Shown here: piece after piece, positions 27,532 to 40,700 of the stretch
Layout: every line of letters begins with the position of its first letter
Numbering within the stretch: position 1 is the first letter of the stretch
Source of the DNA: Chiloscyllium plagiosum
Lineage: Eukaryota
Assembly: GCF_004010195.1 (NCBI RefSeq)
Contig: NC_057718.1
Location: forward strand, 13,206,963-13,270,962
DNA: 64,000 nucleotides
Direction: 5' to 3'
Notes under the pieces: model-generated
Databases searched by the model: none
What the model saw: the letters and a program-made list of their open reading frames with translations, nothing else
What the model was told of the DNA's origin: nothing
Made by a program: the position numbers and the translations under genes

Positions 27532-27560
<29 letters not shown>
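27532..27560 (+). repeat. (CT)n microsatellite
   Basis: About 14 perfect CT units. Confidence 0.95.
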
Positions 27561-27563
<3 letters not shown>

Positions 27564-27739
27564 GCCTGATATATTTACTGAGTCTACCTGTACACAAAAT
27601 TTCTAACTACTCAACCACAGAAACCATCACATCTCTGACTGCAAGTTCATCTCAGAAAGAGAAACCTTTAAGCAAGTAAAGGCTTGCAACAATGGCAGAC
27701 TGATCTTACTTTTGTCTTCATAAGCATCTTTTCTCTATT

Positions 27740-28740
27740 ATAGGAATATAAAAACAAGAGCAGGCCATTCAGCCTTCTGAGCCTGTCACAGCATTCAATA
27801 TTGTCCCAACTGATTTAATATTTCAATGCGTTTTACCCACCCCATCCCCACAACTCTGATAGATTTGATTCCCACTGGTGTACAATCTCTTACCTTAAAC
27901 AGAGTCAAAGACTGGGCTTTCACAGCTCTCTGAGTTAGAGAATTTCAAAGTTCATAGCCCTCTGAATAAAAAGGTTTCTCCTCATGTCAGACCTAAGTGG
28001 CATCCCCCTTATTTTTAAATTATACACCTTGGTTTTAACCAGGGGAAACATCTTACCTACATCTACCATGGCAATTCCTTTAAACATTATGAAATAACAT
28101 CTCATTCTTTGAGACACCAGAGAATACAAGCCCAGTTTATCCAATCTCTCTTCACAGGACAGTCTCGCCTTCCCAAGAACAAGTTTGGTGAACATTCACT
28201 GCATTCCCTCTGTGGCAATGGATTCTTTTTGTAGATTGCGAGACCAAAATTGCACACACTACTCCAGGTGTGGAATAACTAAGCTCCTATACAATTGAAG
28301 CTAGACTTCACTACTCCTGGATTCAAATCTTCTTGTGATAAAGGCTAACATTCCACCAGCCTTCCTAATAGCTTGATGCACTTGCATGTTAGTCTTATCG
28401 ACAAGGATACCCAGTCGCTTTATACATCTACACTTTTCAGTCTCTTACCATTTAAGAGGTACCCTGCTCATCTAGTTCTCCTATCAAAGTGGATAACTTC
28501 ACATTTCTCCATATTATATTCCATCTGCCATTTTTTTACCCATTCACTAAGCCTGTTTGAACTCAACTGGAGCTGCCTTATCTCTCACACATTTCCACTC
28601 ATTATCCACAATCTGGAAATACTGTACTACACTTGGTGCCCAACTCCAAATCACTGACATTGAGAGTGGGACCCAACTATTGATCCTTACGGTGCCTCAC
28701 ATGTCAGGCTGCCTTTTAACTTTTTTAATCTTTGTACCTG
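27740..28740 (-). mobile_element. CR1 LINE fragment (old subfamily)
   Basis: ORF 27935..28195 EERLDKLGLYSL...MRRNLFIQR. Confidence 0.85.
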
Positions 28741-29429
28741 GACTTTAGCTAATCACTGTACCATTTAAAATAAAAAATCAGCAACTTTCATCATTAGTTG
28801 GTAATAAAATAATCGTTGATCTGACTTAAAACTAAAGTTTTGCTGTTGGTAATTTTAAATGGGAACACCCCAGAAGATAAAAAGCAGGCTGAATGAGGGA
28901 AATTCATGGAGCACTCTGTGGAAATGCCTGATCTGGTTGTGACATTGATCTACAAGGACCTTGTGATTGAATATTTAGATTTACATATAAAGCATGACCT
29001 TTTGACTGGGAGATCAAAAAGATGACATAGCTAATTGAGCCATATCCTACAAAGAGTTATCGTCATCAACAGAAGGTAGGTCACTGAAAATAAAAAGGTA
29101 AAACAAGTCACTGTCTTAAAGCAACATGATCTACAATGCTATTCATTTCCCCTGATTAAAGGAATGCCATCTACATTCCAGATTTAATGAACATATCACT
29201 GAGCTTCATACTTGTAGTGAGTTGTGACAGAAGAAAATAACTTATTTTAATAATAGCTATGCAACTTGTTTAGCTTTAAAGAGCTTTACAATTACAGCCT
29301 CAGTAACATAATATCTGAAGTTGTTAAGCACTCTCTGACATACAGATATTGTCTATCAGAGAGTTGTTCCACCTCCCCAGTGCAATAAGGTTCAAATTCA
29401 AAATTCAAAATGTTGTCTCTTTCTTTCTC

Positions 29430-29738
29430 CAGAGTCATAAAATTCCTACAGTGTCGATGCAGGCCATTCAGCCCATCAAGTCACACCAACCCTCCAAAGA
29501 GCAACCCTACCCCTGCATTTCCCATGGTGAATCCACTTAATCTGCACATTCTTGGACGCTATGGGCAATTTAGCATGGCCAATCCACCTAACCTGCACAC
29601 CTTTGGATTCTAGGAGGAAACCCACATAGACACAGGGAAAACGTGCAAATTCCACAGAGACAATCTCCGAGGGTGGAATCGAACCCAGGTTCTGGCACTA
29701 GGAGGCAGCAGCGCTGACTGGTGTACTACCATGCCGCC
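29430..29738 (-). mobile_element. HE1-type V-SINE
   Basis: Reverse-complement head ending catgccgccc and V-domain. Confidence 0.85.
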
Positions 29739-30761
29739 CAGTTCTGTTGCCTAACCTGATCCAATAAATAACACAGACCCAAAAGGAACAATTTGGTTAT
29801 AGCTCTTGTTCTGATTAATAGAACCTGTGGCTGTGTCCTGTAATATCCTGAAAGCCAAATGTGGAAGGATAAGCCTTTATTTGGAATACATTTTTCACAG
29901 AATGTAGTACTACTGATATATGTCTCCTGACTCTACCCATTTCTTGGCACAGTAATTGTCTTTTGAAATGTGCGCTCAAGCCATTTTGCAGAACCGCCTC
30001 ACTGTGCAGGACTCCTGTTTAATATAGATACTTTAAAATCAACTTGCAATTACACACCTCTGGAGCTGGCGGGGCTTGAATCCTTGCTTCCTGGCTCAGG
30101 GGCAGGGACACTACCACTGCACACAACAGTTCTCACTCTATGTGCTCAAGTAATGATCCAATTCCCCTGCACGTATGTAACTTCAATTGACACAATTAAC
30201 ATGTCCTATGGCCGAAATAGATCCCAGTTCAATTCCTGCTCTATGCTGAGTACCAGCTCATAACTGCAAAGGGAATAGGTCACAGTACTTGTCAGTTAAA
30301 GAGTATTACAGAACAGCCAGAGTTCTTGCCACTGGTTGCTGAATAAGATACATCCCTGCTGAAGATTGTGGTAAAGACAAAATCTGGACTGGCTGTAATG
30401 TGTGCCAAACAAGCAATTGCAAATAGGCTCACATACGCAGAAAGGCAACTCAAACAATACCCTGGAAGGGGACATGTTTGTGGTACTGTTCACCCCAGCA
30501 AAAGATTCAAAAAGGGTCAAATTTATGTTTATACATTTCCCTAAATCATATTACGTAGGCTTTAGAGTGTTTTGGGAACTTTAAATTCAGCCCCTCACAC
30601 CTGCCGCACAATTTCACAAGAAATAAGCAGATATGTACCTTAATTGCATGTTTCAGCCAGCCTCGCCACCCCATATAATGTGATACAGGCCGAGGAGTTG
30701 AGAGAATGGTGACTGTGCTAAAAGTAATTCATGTCATGACTAGGCCAGGTGTGGGGTGGGT

Positions 30762-32190
30762 TTCTCTGCCTCTGTCTGACAATGCCACCTTCCATAGAGG
30801 GGAACCTTAGAAATATCCACCTTTTTCCTCTAAAAAGGATTCCCCACTAGTTTGGTTGACAGTCATATTCAATTCATCTCCCGCTCTTTTACTCTCACCT
30901 CTTCCCTTCCCTCCCACAACAATGATTGGGTCCTCAGGTCCTCACTTACCACACTATCAGCCTTTGCAACCAATAGTTTGTAAGGCACCATTTCCATCAT
31001 CTCCAATGTGATACCATGATCATACACATATTGCCGTCCCTTGTCAACATTCCACAGGAATTGTTCCCCCCAGGACACTCTGATCCATTCCTCCTCCATT
31101 CCCAACACCCCTCCCACTGTATTTTTCCATGTAATCACAAAAGGTGAACATATATCCTCCTCTCTCCAACGTCCCAGACGTACCTTCCAAGTGTGGGAGT
31201 GATTTACCTGTACTTCATAGAGTCATAAAATCCCTACAGTGTGGAAGCAGGCTGTTCAGTACATCAAGTCCATGCTGAACCTTAGAAAAGCATCCCACCC
31301 AGACCCTACCCCCTACCCTATCCCTGTAACCTTGCATTTCCCATGGTTAATCCACCTGGCCTGCACATCTTTATATTGTGGGAGGAAACCGGAGCACCCA
31401 GAGGAAACCCACTCATATATATGGAGAACGTGCAAACTCCACATAGACAGTCACCTTTCATTTGTTGTTCACAGTGTGATCTCCTTGAAACTGGAGAGAT
31501 GAAATGCATGCTGGGAGACTGCTTTGCAGAACACCTGCGCTCTATCCGCAAAAATGACCCTGAGCTCCCAGTTGCCTGCCACTTCAACACCCCACTGTGT
31601 TCCCACGTCAGAATTACTGTTGCAATGTTCCAGCAAGCTTCAGTGCAAGCTCAAAGAACAACATCTCACTTTCTGCCTCAGAACCCTACAGCCTCTAGAA
31701 CTCAGCATCAAGTTCAATAACTTTCGAGCTTGATTCCATCCTTCCATGTTCTTTCACCCATCCCACACCTGGTCTTGTTATGACATGGGTTGCTTTTAAC
31801 AGTCACCCATTCTCACCTGGTTAAAGACCTATTATCCCATTACATAGTTCGTTTTCAGTACAACTCACCCAGTTTCTCCAATTCTTAACTTTTATTATCA
31901 CTTATTTGGCTTTTCGTCTGACCTGATCTACGATCAGCAATCCCCCATCTGTCAATCCCTTTCGTATCTCTCTCTCTCTCTGAGCTCCACCTCCATCTAC
32001 CTTCTTCCTCAACCTCGTCTTCACTATATACATGATCTTGTCCTAGCTGTCAACAGTTCTGATTAAGAGTCACTGGACTCAAAACAATGACTCTGCTTTC
32101 TTCCAATACATGCTGCCAGACCGGTAGAGATTTTCAAGCAATTTCTGTTTTTCTTTCAGATCTCCAGCACCTGCAGTTCTTTGTTTTATT
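30762..32190 (+). mobile_element. Penelope-like element (probably Neptune clade): decayed thumb/linker, GIY-YIG endonuclease, pyrimidine-rich 3'UTR and terminal repeat with hammerhead remnant
   Basis: ICCSQCDLLETGEMKCMLGDCFAEHLRSIRKNDPELPVACHFNT (C..C...YIGET.R.L..R..EH....H-F-N pattern); ends cagttctgattaagagtcactggactcaaaac...tccagcacctgcagttct. Confidence 0.85.
31215..31452 (-). mobile_element. HE1-type V-SINE nested in the Penelope endonuclease region
   Basis: V-domain and CR1-like tail (tcatagagtcata) interrupt the PLE frame just before the C..C motif. Confidence 0.85.
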
Positions 32191-32281
32191 TTAATGGAGT
32201 GGGCTCAATGGTTTGAATGGTTTATTCCTGTTGCTACTTTATAAGTTTCCAAGTATTCGTTACAGTACGGTTATATAACTC

Positions 32282-32700
32282 AGTAGTGATTGGAACAATG
32301 TGGATCTTCACAGCAGTTCAGGCAGCATCCAAGGAGCAGTAAAATCGATGTTTCGGGCAAAAGCCCTTCATCAGGAATATTTCTGATCAAGGGCTTTTGC
32401 CCAAAACGTTGATTTTACTGCTTCTCGGATGCTGCCTGAACTGCTGTGCTCTTCCAGCACCACTAATCCAGAATCTGGTTTCCAGCATCTGCAGTCATTG
32501 TTTTTACCACAATGTGGATCTTATTGGCTATGAGAGCCTTGATCGGGGTTGTTAACCTGGGCCAAGCAGGGAGCCCTGGCTGACTGATATAACAGGGGAC
32601 CCAGTGAATCTCCTGACTTCAGGAACTGACTCATAGCCAGTGCACTTGTAAATAAAGGGTGACTTTGTGACGGAATATCAGCCTCTGTGCAGTTATTTCA
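32282..32700 (+). mobile_element. Solo LTR with nested Penelope element
   Basis: agtagtgatt...gatataac...gtaAATAAAgggtgac...ttatttCA; flanks aactc/aaccc (imperfect 5-bp TSD); homologous to 19216-19424. Confidence 0.72.
32309..32508. mobile_element. Fold-back Penelope terminal element (family A variant) with hammerhead cores on both strands, perfect 14-bp TSD
   Basis: acaatgtggatctt at 32295-32308 and 32509-32522; minus cctgatgaagggcttttgcccgaaacatcgat, plus tctgatcaagggcttttgcccaaaacgttgat. Confidence 0.9.
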
Positions 32701-32938
32701 AACCCTCAATGGGAAACACTGAAATCCAATTATGTTTTTAGTTAGTAAAGTCCCAGAAAAAGAAATATTTAGACCAATCATAAAAGCCACAGACAAACTG
32801 AGCAAATGATTATGTAATGCTATCATAAATAGGCAAAATAAAACAAGGGTAAGAATCATTCCCTGGACATTTCGTTCTCTGGAGGTCATCTTATTTTCTC
32901 ACAAAAACATGTTGGAAAATATCGAAATCACATCTTAC

Positions 32939-33029
32939 TTTGCACCACGCTCAGACCAAAGAAGTGACCCTCCCTGATCTTCAGCAAATCACAGACTTGA
33001 TTGTAGAGATCCTGACCTGTAGCTTTTAC
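32939..33029 (-). CDS. FRMD1: FRMD1 coding exon 2: VKATGQDLYNQVCDLLKIREGHFFGLSVVQ
   Basis: ttttatAG / GTAAGA boundaries; 91 nt, phase 0->1; VKATG is FRMD1-type; too short for the ORF track. Confidence 0.92.
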
Positions 33030-35049
33030 CTATAAAATAAACAAACATGTCAAAGTCAGGAAGGCACAGTGCAAAGCATTTTAAACCAAGTTTCCTGGTC
33101 AGTCTGCCTCCAGCTCTAAATGACCCTATGCCAGTACGTACTCACAGCTACTGGAGGAGATTAACAAAGTAGTTTAATAGATCAAAACATTGAGGGAATA
33201 AAACACAGTAACTGGCAATGTGGAATTAATAATCTACACTAGTAATCATCACTATGAGCCCAGAGAAGTCATTATCATTCAAAGTTTAGAAGGTATGGAC
33301 ATCAGATTTAAATGCTGAAAGTAATCATCTGCACTCTTAGATGTCTTCAGACTGAGCAAACGTCCATGTTAACTTAAATGAGGGTTTCGGTTTAGCCTAG
33401 ACTGCCAGCATAATTAACTCTAGTGCCTATGGGCTGTAAAGGACCATGTTACATCAGGGTGTTCAGATTCTACTCAGTTCCTTGTGAAGGCAGCTCCAAT
33501 GGTCAAAATTATTCCAAATCAGTCACTGCCAATTTCAGAGGAGAGTGGAGATGGGAAACAATGCACTGGGTGAGGTGGTTGTGCTGTTGTGGGTGACACA
33601 CATGTAGCACTTTACTGGAAACCCTCAATGCTGATACTTGGTTTTCAAACTGAACAGGGCTCATCTCCCCTTGCAGTTCCAAATTTGAACACAAAAACAA
33701 TTCTATTCTTAAACTCATCTTGACAAGACTGCAACAGGTTATTTAGTGAGAAAAATAAATATTTATAACTAAATGTGGGCAGTGTTAACTAATGCATTAG
33801 ATCAGAGCATTCATTTTGAAATGTGTATCCCACAGTCAGGATATTGGTACATTAGTTGGTGGATCACAGTATTCACGTATTAACTGGAGCAAATTAGCAA
33901 AGTGACCACATCTGTGAATTCCAGCAGTGGCTATAGTTCAAAAGTAGTTCATTGGCCGTGAAGTACATAAAGAATTGAGGGTTATGGGGAAAAGCCAGGA
34001 AAGTGTTGTGAAGGATTATCAGATGAGCCATGATCTCATTGAATGGCAGAGCAGACTTGATGGGCTGAATGGCCTACTTCTGCCCCTAAGTTTTATGGCT
34101 CTATAAGGTTCAGTAAGGTGCTATAAAATTTGATTTATTTCTCTACTGCACGAGAGAAAATGCTCAAAGACCACTGCAGAGTTCTGAAACAATCAGGTTA
34201 AATATATATGAATGAGCAACTTCAATATTTTGAATTCATTATTATGTATCAAAATGTTTGTTAAAAATTGTTGAACATACAGCTGCTACACTGGAGCAGA
34301 AATAAAGACTGAACGAAACAGTTCGCTGTAATTGTAAAGTCAAGACTAGTGAGGAGGGTTCTTCCTAGTCTTTAAAGAAACCTGCAAGCATTAAAAAGGA
34401 AATAAAAAGAAAATGCTGCAAATACACAATAGTTCAGGCAATAACCCAACAAAGAAAAGACACAGCAAGTTGCATGTGGCTCTTTAAACCAGTGCCAGGG
34501 TTCCTAGTATTGCTCAGTAATCCCTCTGCCAGGAATAAATAGGATCAACCTCACCTCTGATTCTTCTCATACTCCACTGAACGGCCTTCCAATTCTCCCC
34601 TTCAAAACCAGTGTGTTGCTTATAGTAAAACTGTATCCCAGCAAAAAGAACCACCTCTGGGAGAGGGCAGATGGGAAAGGGGGAATAAACAGAGAGCAAA
34701 CAACAGTAGTCCCCACCACTCGAAGAAATTGGCACGTCTTTGCTTTTTAACAGTTCTCAATATGGAACTAAATTAAATCAAGGAAATTCTAATCCTATGT
34801 TTTTCATGGCCCATACTTAAACAACGTGATTGAAATATCTACATGAAAATGAAAATTTACTTGTTGATTTTAAATTAGAAACCGAAAAGCAGTTAGCCTC
34901 CAAACAATCTTAAGGGTTTGAGTGAAATATAAACGTAGATGAAGAAACAAAACAGCATTGTTTGGTTGCTGCCTCTTGCTGTAATCTTACCTGTACTGCT
35001 GGAAGCACGGCAGTTGGCTTTGTATCCAGTCGTTAAGGAACCTAGTGAG

Positions 35050-36660
35050 ATTGTACCAACATTGCAGAATCGTACAGTACAGATGAGGCCTGTCAACCAA
35101 TCAAGTCCCCATCAACAAAAAATTAATCTAAACCTGCACTGGTCCCTCTTTCTGACAATTGGCCCATAGTCTGGAGTGTCATGACATTTCAAGTGCCCAT
35201 CCGAATTCCTTTGAAACATTGTGCCCACCTTAACCATTCTCTGTGGCAAATTCCAGCACATTCCAAATTCCCACCACACTCTGGATGAAAAGGCTTTTCC
35301 TCAAATCCTTTCTAACCCACCTGTCCTTTAACTTAAAATTATCCCTCCTCATTACTGACTTTTCAACTAAGGGGAACAGCTGCTTTCTTTCCACTGTGTT
35401 AGAACATAGAACATAGAACAGTACAGCACAGAACAGGCCCTTCAGCCCACAATGTCGTGCCGACCACTGATCCTCATGTGTGCACCCTCAAATTTCTATG
35501 ACCATATGCATGTCCAGCAGTCTCTTAAATGTCCCCAATGACCTTGCTTCCACAACTGCTGCTGGCAACGCATTCCATGCGCTCACAACTCTCTGTGTAA
35601 AGAACCCACCTCTGACATCCCCTCTATACTTTCCTCCAACCAGCTTAAAACTATGACCCCTCGTGTTAGTCATTTCTGCCCTGGGAAATTAGTCTCTGGC
35701 TATCGACTCTATCTATGCCTCTCATTATCTTGTACACTTCAATTAGGTCCCCTCTCCTCCTCCTTTTCTCCAATGAGAAAAGACCGAGCTCAGTCAACCT
35801 CNNNNNNNNNNNNNNNNNNNNNNNNNNNNNNNNNNNNNNNNNNNNNNNNNNNNNNNNNNNNNNNNNNNNNNNNNNNNNNNNNNNNNNNNNNNNNNNNNNN
35901 NNNNNNNNNNNNNNNNNNNNNNNNNNNNNNNNNNNNNNNNNNNNNNNNNNNNNNNNNNNNNNNNNNNNNNNNNNNNNNNNNNNNNNNNNNNNNNNNNNNN
36001 NNNNNNNNNNNNNNNNNNNNNNNNNNNNNNNNNNNNNNNNNNNNNNNNNNNNNNNNNNNNNNNNNNNNNNNNNNNNNNNNNNNNNNNNNNNNNNNNNNNN
36101 NNNNNNNNNNNNNNNNNNNNNNNNNNNNNNNNNNNNNNNNNNNNNNNNNNNNNNNNNNNNNNNNNNNNNNNNNNNNNNNNNNNNNNNNNNNNNNNNNNNN
36201 NNNNNNNNNNNNNNNNNNNNNNNNNNNNNNNNNNNNNNNNNNNNNNNNNNNNNNNNNNNNNNNNNNNNNNNNNNNNNNNNNNNNNNNNNNNNNNNNNNNN
36301 NAAGACCTTCTTCCTCACTGTCAACTATGTGGCCAATCCACTAACTTACATATCCCCCCACGTTTTCATTAATAACATGTATATATGTCATAAACGATAA
36401 GGGACCCAGCATTGATTCCTGTGGTATACCATTGGATACCGGAGTCCATTCACACATACAGACTTCTACCACCTCCCTCTGTCTCCTGTCACTAAGCTAA
36501 TTTTGGATCCAACTTGCCAAATTACTCTGGATCCCATGAGCATTTTACATTCTTTTTCAGTCTTCCATGTGGAACCTTGTCAAAGGCTTTGTTGAAATCC
36601 ACATAAACTACACCTGCGCTACCCTCATCGACATATCTGGTTACCTCCTCAAAAAATTCA
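35050..36660 (-). mobile_element. CR1 fragments: older copy, young copy with (agaacat)n tail at 35401, and RT piece after the gap
   Basis: ORF 35488..35673 TRGHSFKL...FFTQRVV; after the gap reverse-complement DFNKAFDKVPH. Confidence 0.85.
35802..36301. other. Assembly gap (500 N)
   Basis: Run of N, flanked by CR1 on both sides. Confidence 1.
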
Positions 36661-37621
36661 AATCTGAGCAACTCAAACTAGAAAATCACTGAAATCAAAA
36701 AAATTAACCGTTGTTAAATACTGAAGATGTTTCAATTGAAGACAGAAACAAGGAAGAGAGTACTTTGAACAGAAAGCCCAGTTCGTAGACTTCACATTGT
36801 CTTTTCCACAATGAATTATTTAGTAGTATTGCCTTGCTAATGAAAGTGAAAGTCACTTCTCTCAATCAGTAGGAGGTAGTGGTAAAGGGGTTGATCTCCC
36901 ATAGAAAGAACCAGGTGCTCAGATCAACCTTTACAATTACTTTTATACTAATGCTCAATTAATTAATTACTAACTGGATTCCTCATGGCACATCTGCTTA
37001 TATCAGTCACAGTGCACAGAGGTTTCTGCAGACTGGTATACACTGGGTGTGTAGAAAGTGTTTCTGACCTTTCATAGGAGGTTACAGGTATCATATCAAA
37101 AAGTATTTATGAATACAAAACAAGGCATGAATATTAATTTCACATTATATTGCTTTGGCACTATAACAAAGTGTAAAAAAGTATCAAATGTGAAAATGTA
37201 GCATAAAGTTAAAAGTTCAAGAATCCAAGAATAAGGAAACTTAGATTCAATTTATGCTTGACTTGTATTAGATTATGTTTACCATCCACACTCATCCTGG
37301 CATTTAAACCAGGCTGTAAACTTGCTGTAATACCAATAGCTGTCAGAGCATCATAAGAATGTGGCTGGTCCACAGAGGCTGGAACAGCTCAGTGCTTTTC
37401 AGCTGACTGTTAGAGAATAGACACGTCTTTTGACACTACCAAGTAGCATAACAATATAATGAACTGGCCTTAGTCCACATAGTTTAACCAGGTGTGTGTC
37501 ATGTATCTGTACTGAAACTCCGAAGGATTCACAACAGGAAATAAAATTGATTGATACTGTTGCAACAAATGCTGAGCTCCAGTCTACCCGTTTTGATAAT
37601 CACAAAGAAATTTTTACTCAC

Positions 37622-37717
37622 CCCAATGAGAATTTCAAGTTGCTCCTTGTTTGGCAGGAGTACAGAAACAACGCGTTGGCCTGACATCATCTTATTTTGG
37701 AAAAGCTGTTTGCTCAT
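37622..37717 (-). CDS. FRMD1: FERM domain-containing protein (FRMD1/FRMD6 family), first coding exon: MSKQLFQNKMMSGQRVVSVLLPNKEQLEILIG
   Basis: ATG at 37717, 7 nt inside an acceptor (ttcccacAG, exon starts 37724); donor GTGAGT begins at 37621. Peptide resembles the FERM F1-lobe start of FRMD1 (VLLPSREQL..GV) and FRMD6 (IFLPNDESL). Confidence 0.85.
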
Positions 37718-38942
37718 GCTGGGTCTGTGGGAAGATTGGCGTTTAATTAATCTCTGTCCAGTCCAGTGCTGCCTCCCGCCTGTTATGATGTCTCTTCACC
37801 GAACATAGGACCACATCCAGTCTGGCCTGGTTTCCCTGCCAAATGACACATTTCATCTAATTAATTGAAATTTTAATTAATTAAAACAAAACATGTGATG
37901 GAATGGGACTTCTGGATGTGGGCACGTAGAGGGAGACACAGTTAAGGAGTCATGACCACAGACGATGTGTTACCAACAATAATAATCACATCTGATGTCC
38001 AAGAAAGTGAAGGAAGCAGGGGTGTATTTAATAGAATCCTGGTGACCCAAGTCGAACTCACATCAGCACTGGCTCAAATGTTATGCAACAAAATAAGATT
38101 TTGAGATGAGTGCCATTGAAGATCAGTTTGGCCCTACGACAAGTTTGGTCAAAGAGATAGGTTTTAAAGAGTATTTGGTTGCAGGGGGGATGTTCTCAAA
38201 AAAAAACTTCTGTTCTCTCAAAGTTGTCAACAGATTATTAGAGTGTTTTTTGTTTCATAAGAAAAATGGTTTTCTAGAACGATCTTCAGTAGCCCATGTC
38301 TGGCAATTCTCTCACTCTGCCTTCTTTTCACCCCTGATTTCCAGCACCTCACTGTTGGGAACCATGCCATTAGTCAGCTAGGCCCCAAATGTTAGAGTTC
38401 CCTGTCCAAACCTCTCACCTCACTCCCTTCCTCAAAATCCTGGTCACCAGTCATACAGCTGAACTTTCACCATTTCAGCCAGCTAATAACCCCACTCTGC
38501 AGAAAACATCTCATCAGGCCCAATTCTCAGTTCCGCTGGGGAAGTGTGGTACAGTCGGTCTTACCACCAGAACCAGATCAGGGGAGCCTCAGGGGTGATT
38601 GAGTGTCAAGGTGGACTGTTTATAAAAGCCCATGTCGTGCCTCTGGGGTTTTGTCCCAGTTATTTAAAGCATTGTTATTATAGGCCTAAAATCATGGATG
38701 TGGACCTGCTTAAAAGCCATAATTGTTTAAAAATTAGTTATTGCCACAACTCTAGAAAAACACCAATCAATCTAAACACATCAAGAACTGAAACTATAAG
38801 CAAGACTTCTCTTCACCGTTGTGCAAATAATCTGAGCTATTGACAAAAGACATTTTAAAAAGCTTATTATAACGCCTTAAAGCTGTTAATCTTCTCTTCA
38901 TTTGCATCAACAAACTCACTCTCACAACTAAAAACAGAAATG

Positions 38943-39138
38943 ATGTGGAGGAGCCGGTGTTAGACTAGGGTGGACAAAGTCAAAAATTACACAACACCAG
39001 GTTATAGTCCAACAGGAGAAAGTGAGGTCTGCAGATGCTGGAGATCAGAGCTGAAAATGTGTTGCTGGAACAGCGCAGCAGGTCAGGCAGCATCCAGGGA
39101 ACAGGAGAATCGATGTTTCGGGCATAAGCCCTTCTTCC
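38943..39138 (-). mobile_element. Chimeric Penelope terminal element (second-family end fused to family A)
   Basis: ggagccggtgttagactagggtggacaaagtcaaaaattacacaacaccaggttatagtccaacagg joined directly to aggagaaagtgagg...gatgtttcgggcataagcccttcttc. Confidence 0.65.
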
Positions 39139-39504
39139 TGCTTGTCTGCTTGTGAAACCAGATGGATTCACACACCACTTTGAACAAATCCAGATTTAGG
39201 TCTAATAAGCTGCTTGTTTAGGTGGTGTTATGTTCAATTGCTCCAACAACAAATAAGGTTTTTTTTAAAAGGAACCAGAAAAATGCTGCAAGTCCCAACA
39301 TCCGGAGGCTGTCCTTTGCTCAGACACAGACCAGGAGCAAAATCTTCCCATCGGAAATAAAACTGATGTAATTGAAGACAAATAGTAGCAAAGCCCAATT
39401 TTATATGGTTGCAGCAAATGCTATACCAAAAAAAAACTAAGCAGAGTGGCTTTTAAACAAATCCATATACACCATGTTTGTTTGCAATATATATAAATTA
39501 TTTG

Positions 39505-40700
39505 GGGAGGAGAATGATTGATGAAGGCAGGGTGATAGACATTATCCATATGGACTTCAGCAGGGTGTTTGGTAAGGTCCCTTATGGCAGGCTGATTTAA
39601 AAGGTGAAGTCACATGGGGTCCGCACCGAGCTGGTAAGATGGATATAGGACTAGCTTAGTCATAGAAAGCAGACAGTAGCAGTAGAGAGATGTTTTATAG
39701 AGTGGAGATCTGTGACCAGTGGTAATCAGCAGAGATCAGTTCTGGGCCTCTTGTTGTTTGTAATATACAGAGATAATTTGGAGGAGAATGTAGATCGCCT
39801 GATTAGTAAGTTTGTGGATGACATAAAGGTTAGGGGAGCTGCTGATAGTGAGCATGGTTGCCAGAGGACACAGCAGGACATAGATAAGCCAGAGACTTGG
39901 GCAGAGAAATGGCAGATGGAGTTTAATCCAGAAAAGATCTAATGCAGGCAGGAAGTACACAGTAAATGGCAGAACCCTTAGAAGTATTAACAGACAGAGG
40001 GATGTAGATGTACAGGATCCACAGTCCCCTGAAAGGAGTAATACAAGTGGATAAGGTGGTCAAGAAAGCAAATGGCCTGCTTAGCTTCATCGGTCAGGGA
40101 ACAGAGTATAAAAATCTGCAAGTAATGTGGCAGCTGTAAAAATCTTTGGTGAGGCCACATTTGGAGTTTTGTGTGCCGTTCTGGTCGCCATGCAGCCAGA
40201 GGATGTGGAGAGTTTGGGGAGGGGACAGAAAAGGTTTATCAGGATGTGGCCCTGGTTTGGAGGGTATTTGCTATGAGAAGAGATTGGACAAACTTGGTTT
40301 GTTTGCACTCGGACACCAAAGGCTGAGGGGCAACTTGATAGAAGGTTACAAATTGAGAGGCTGGATAGAATGGATAGTCGGAGTCTTTCTCCCAGGGTAG
40401 AAATGTCAATTACTCAGGGACATAGGTTTAAGGTAAAAGGGGGAAAGTTTAAAGGAGATGTGAGAGACAGGTTTCTTCAACACAGAGGGTGGTAAGTGCC
40501 TGGAATGAGCTGCCAGAGGAGGTGTTTGAGGTGGATATAATAGCGACGTTTAAGAAGGTTCTTGACAAACACATGAACAGACGGGGAACAGATGGATGTG
40601 GACCGTGTAGAGGGTAAGATTCTTTTAGTTTGGAAAGGCATCATGTGTCAGTATAGCCTTGATTGGCCAAAAGGCCTGTTCGTGTGCTGTTCTTTGTGCT
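39505..40700 (+). mobile_element. CR1 LINE, decayed RT to tail
   Basis: ORFs 39712..39942 (SKFVDDIK, KWQMEFNP) and 40146..40400 (VRPHLEFCVPFWSP). Confidence 0.9.

Noticed and set aside
35653..36372. Long ORFs of 176-239 aa
   Set aside because: Artefacts of translating through the 500-N gap.
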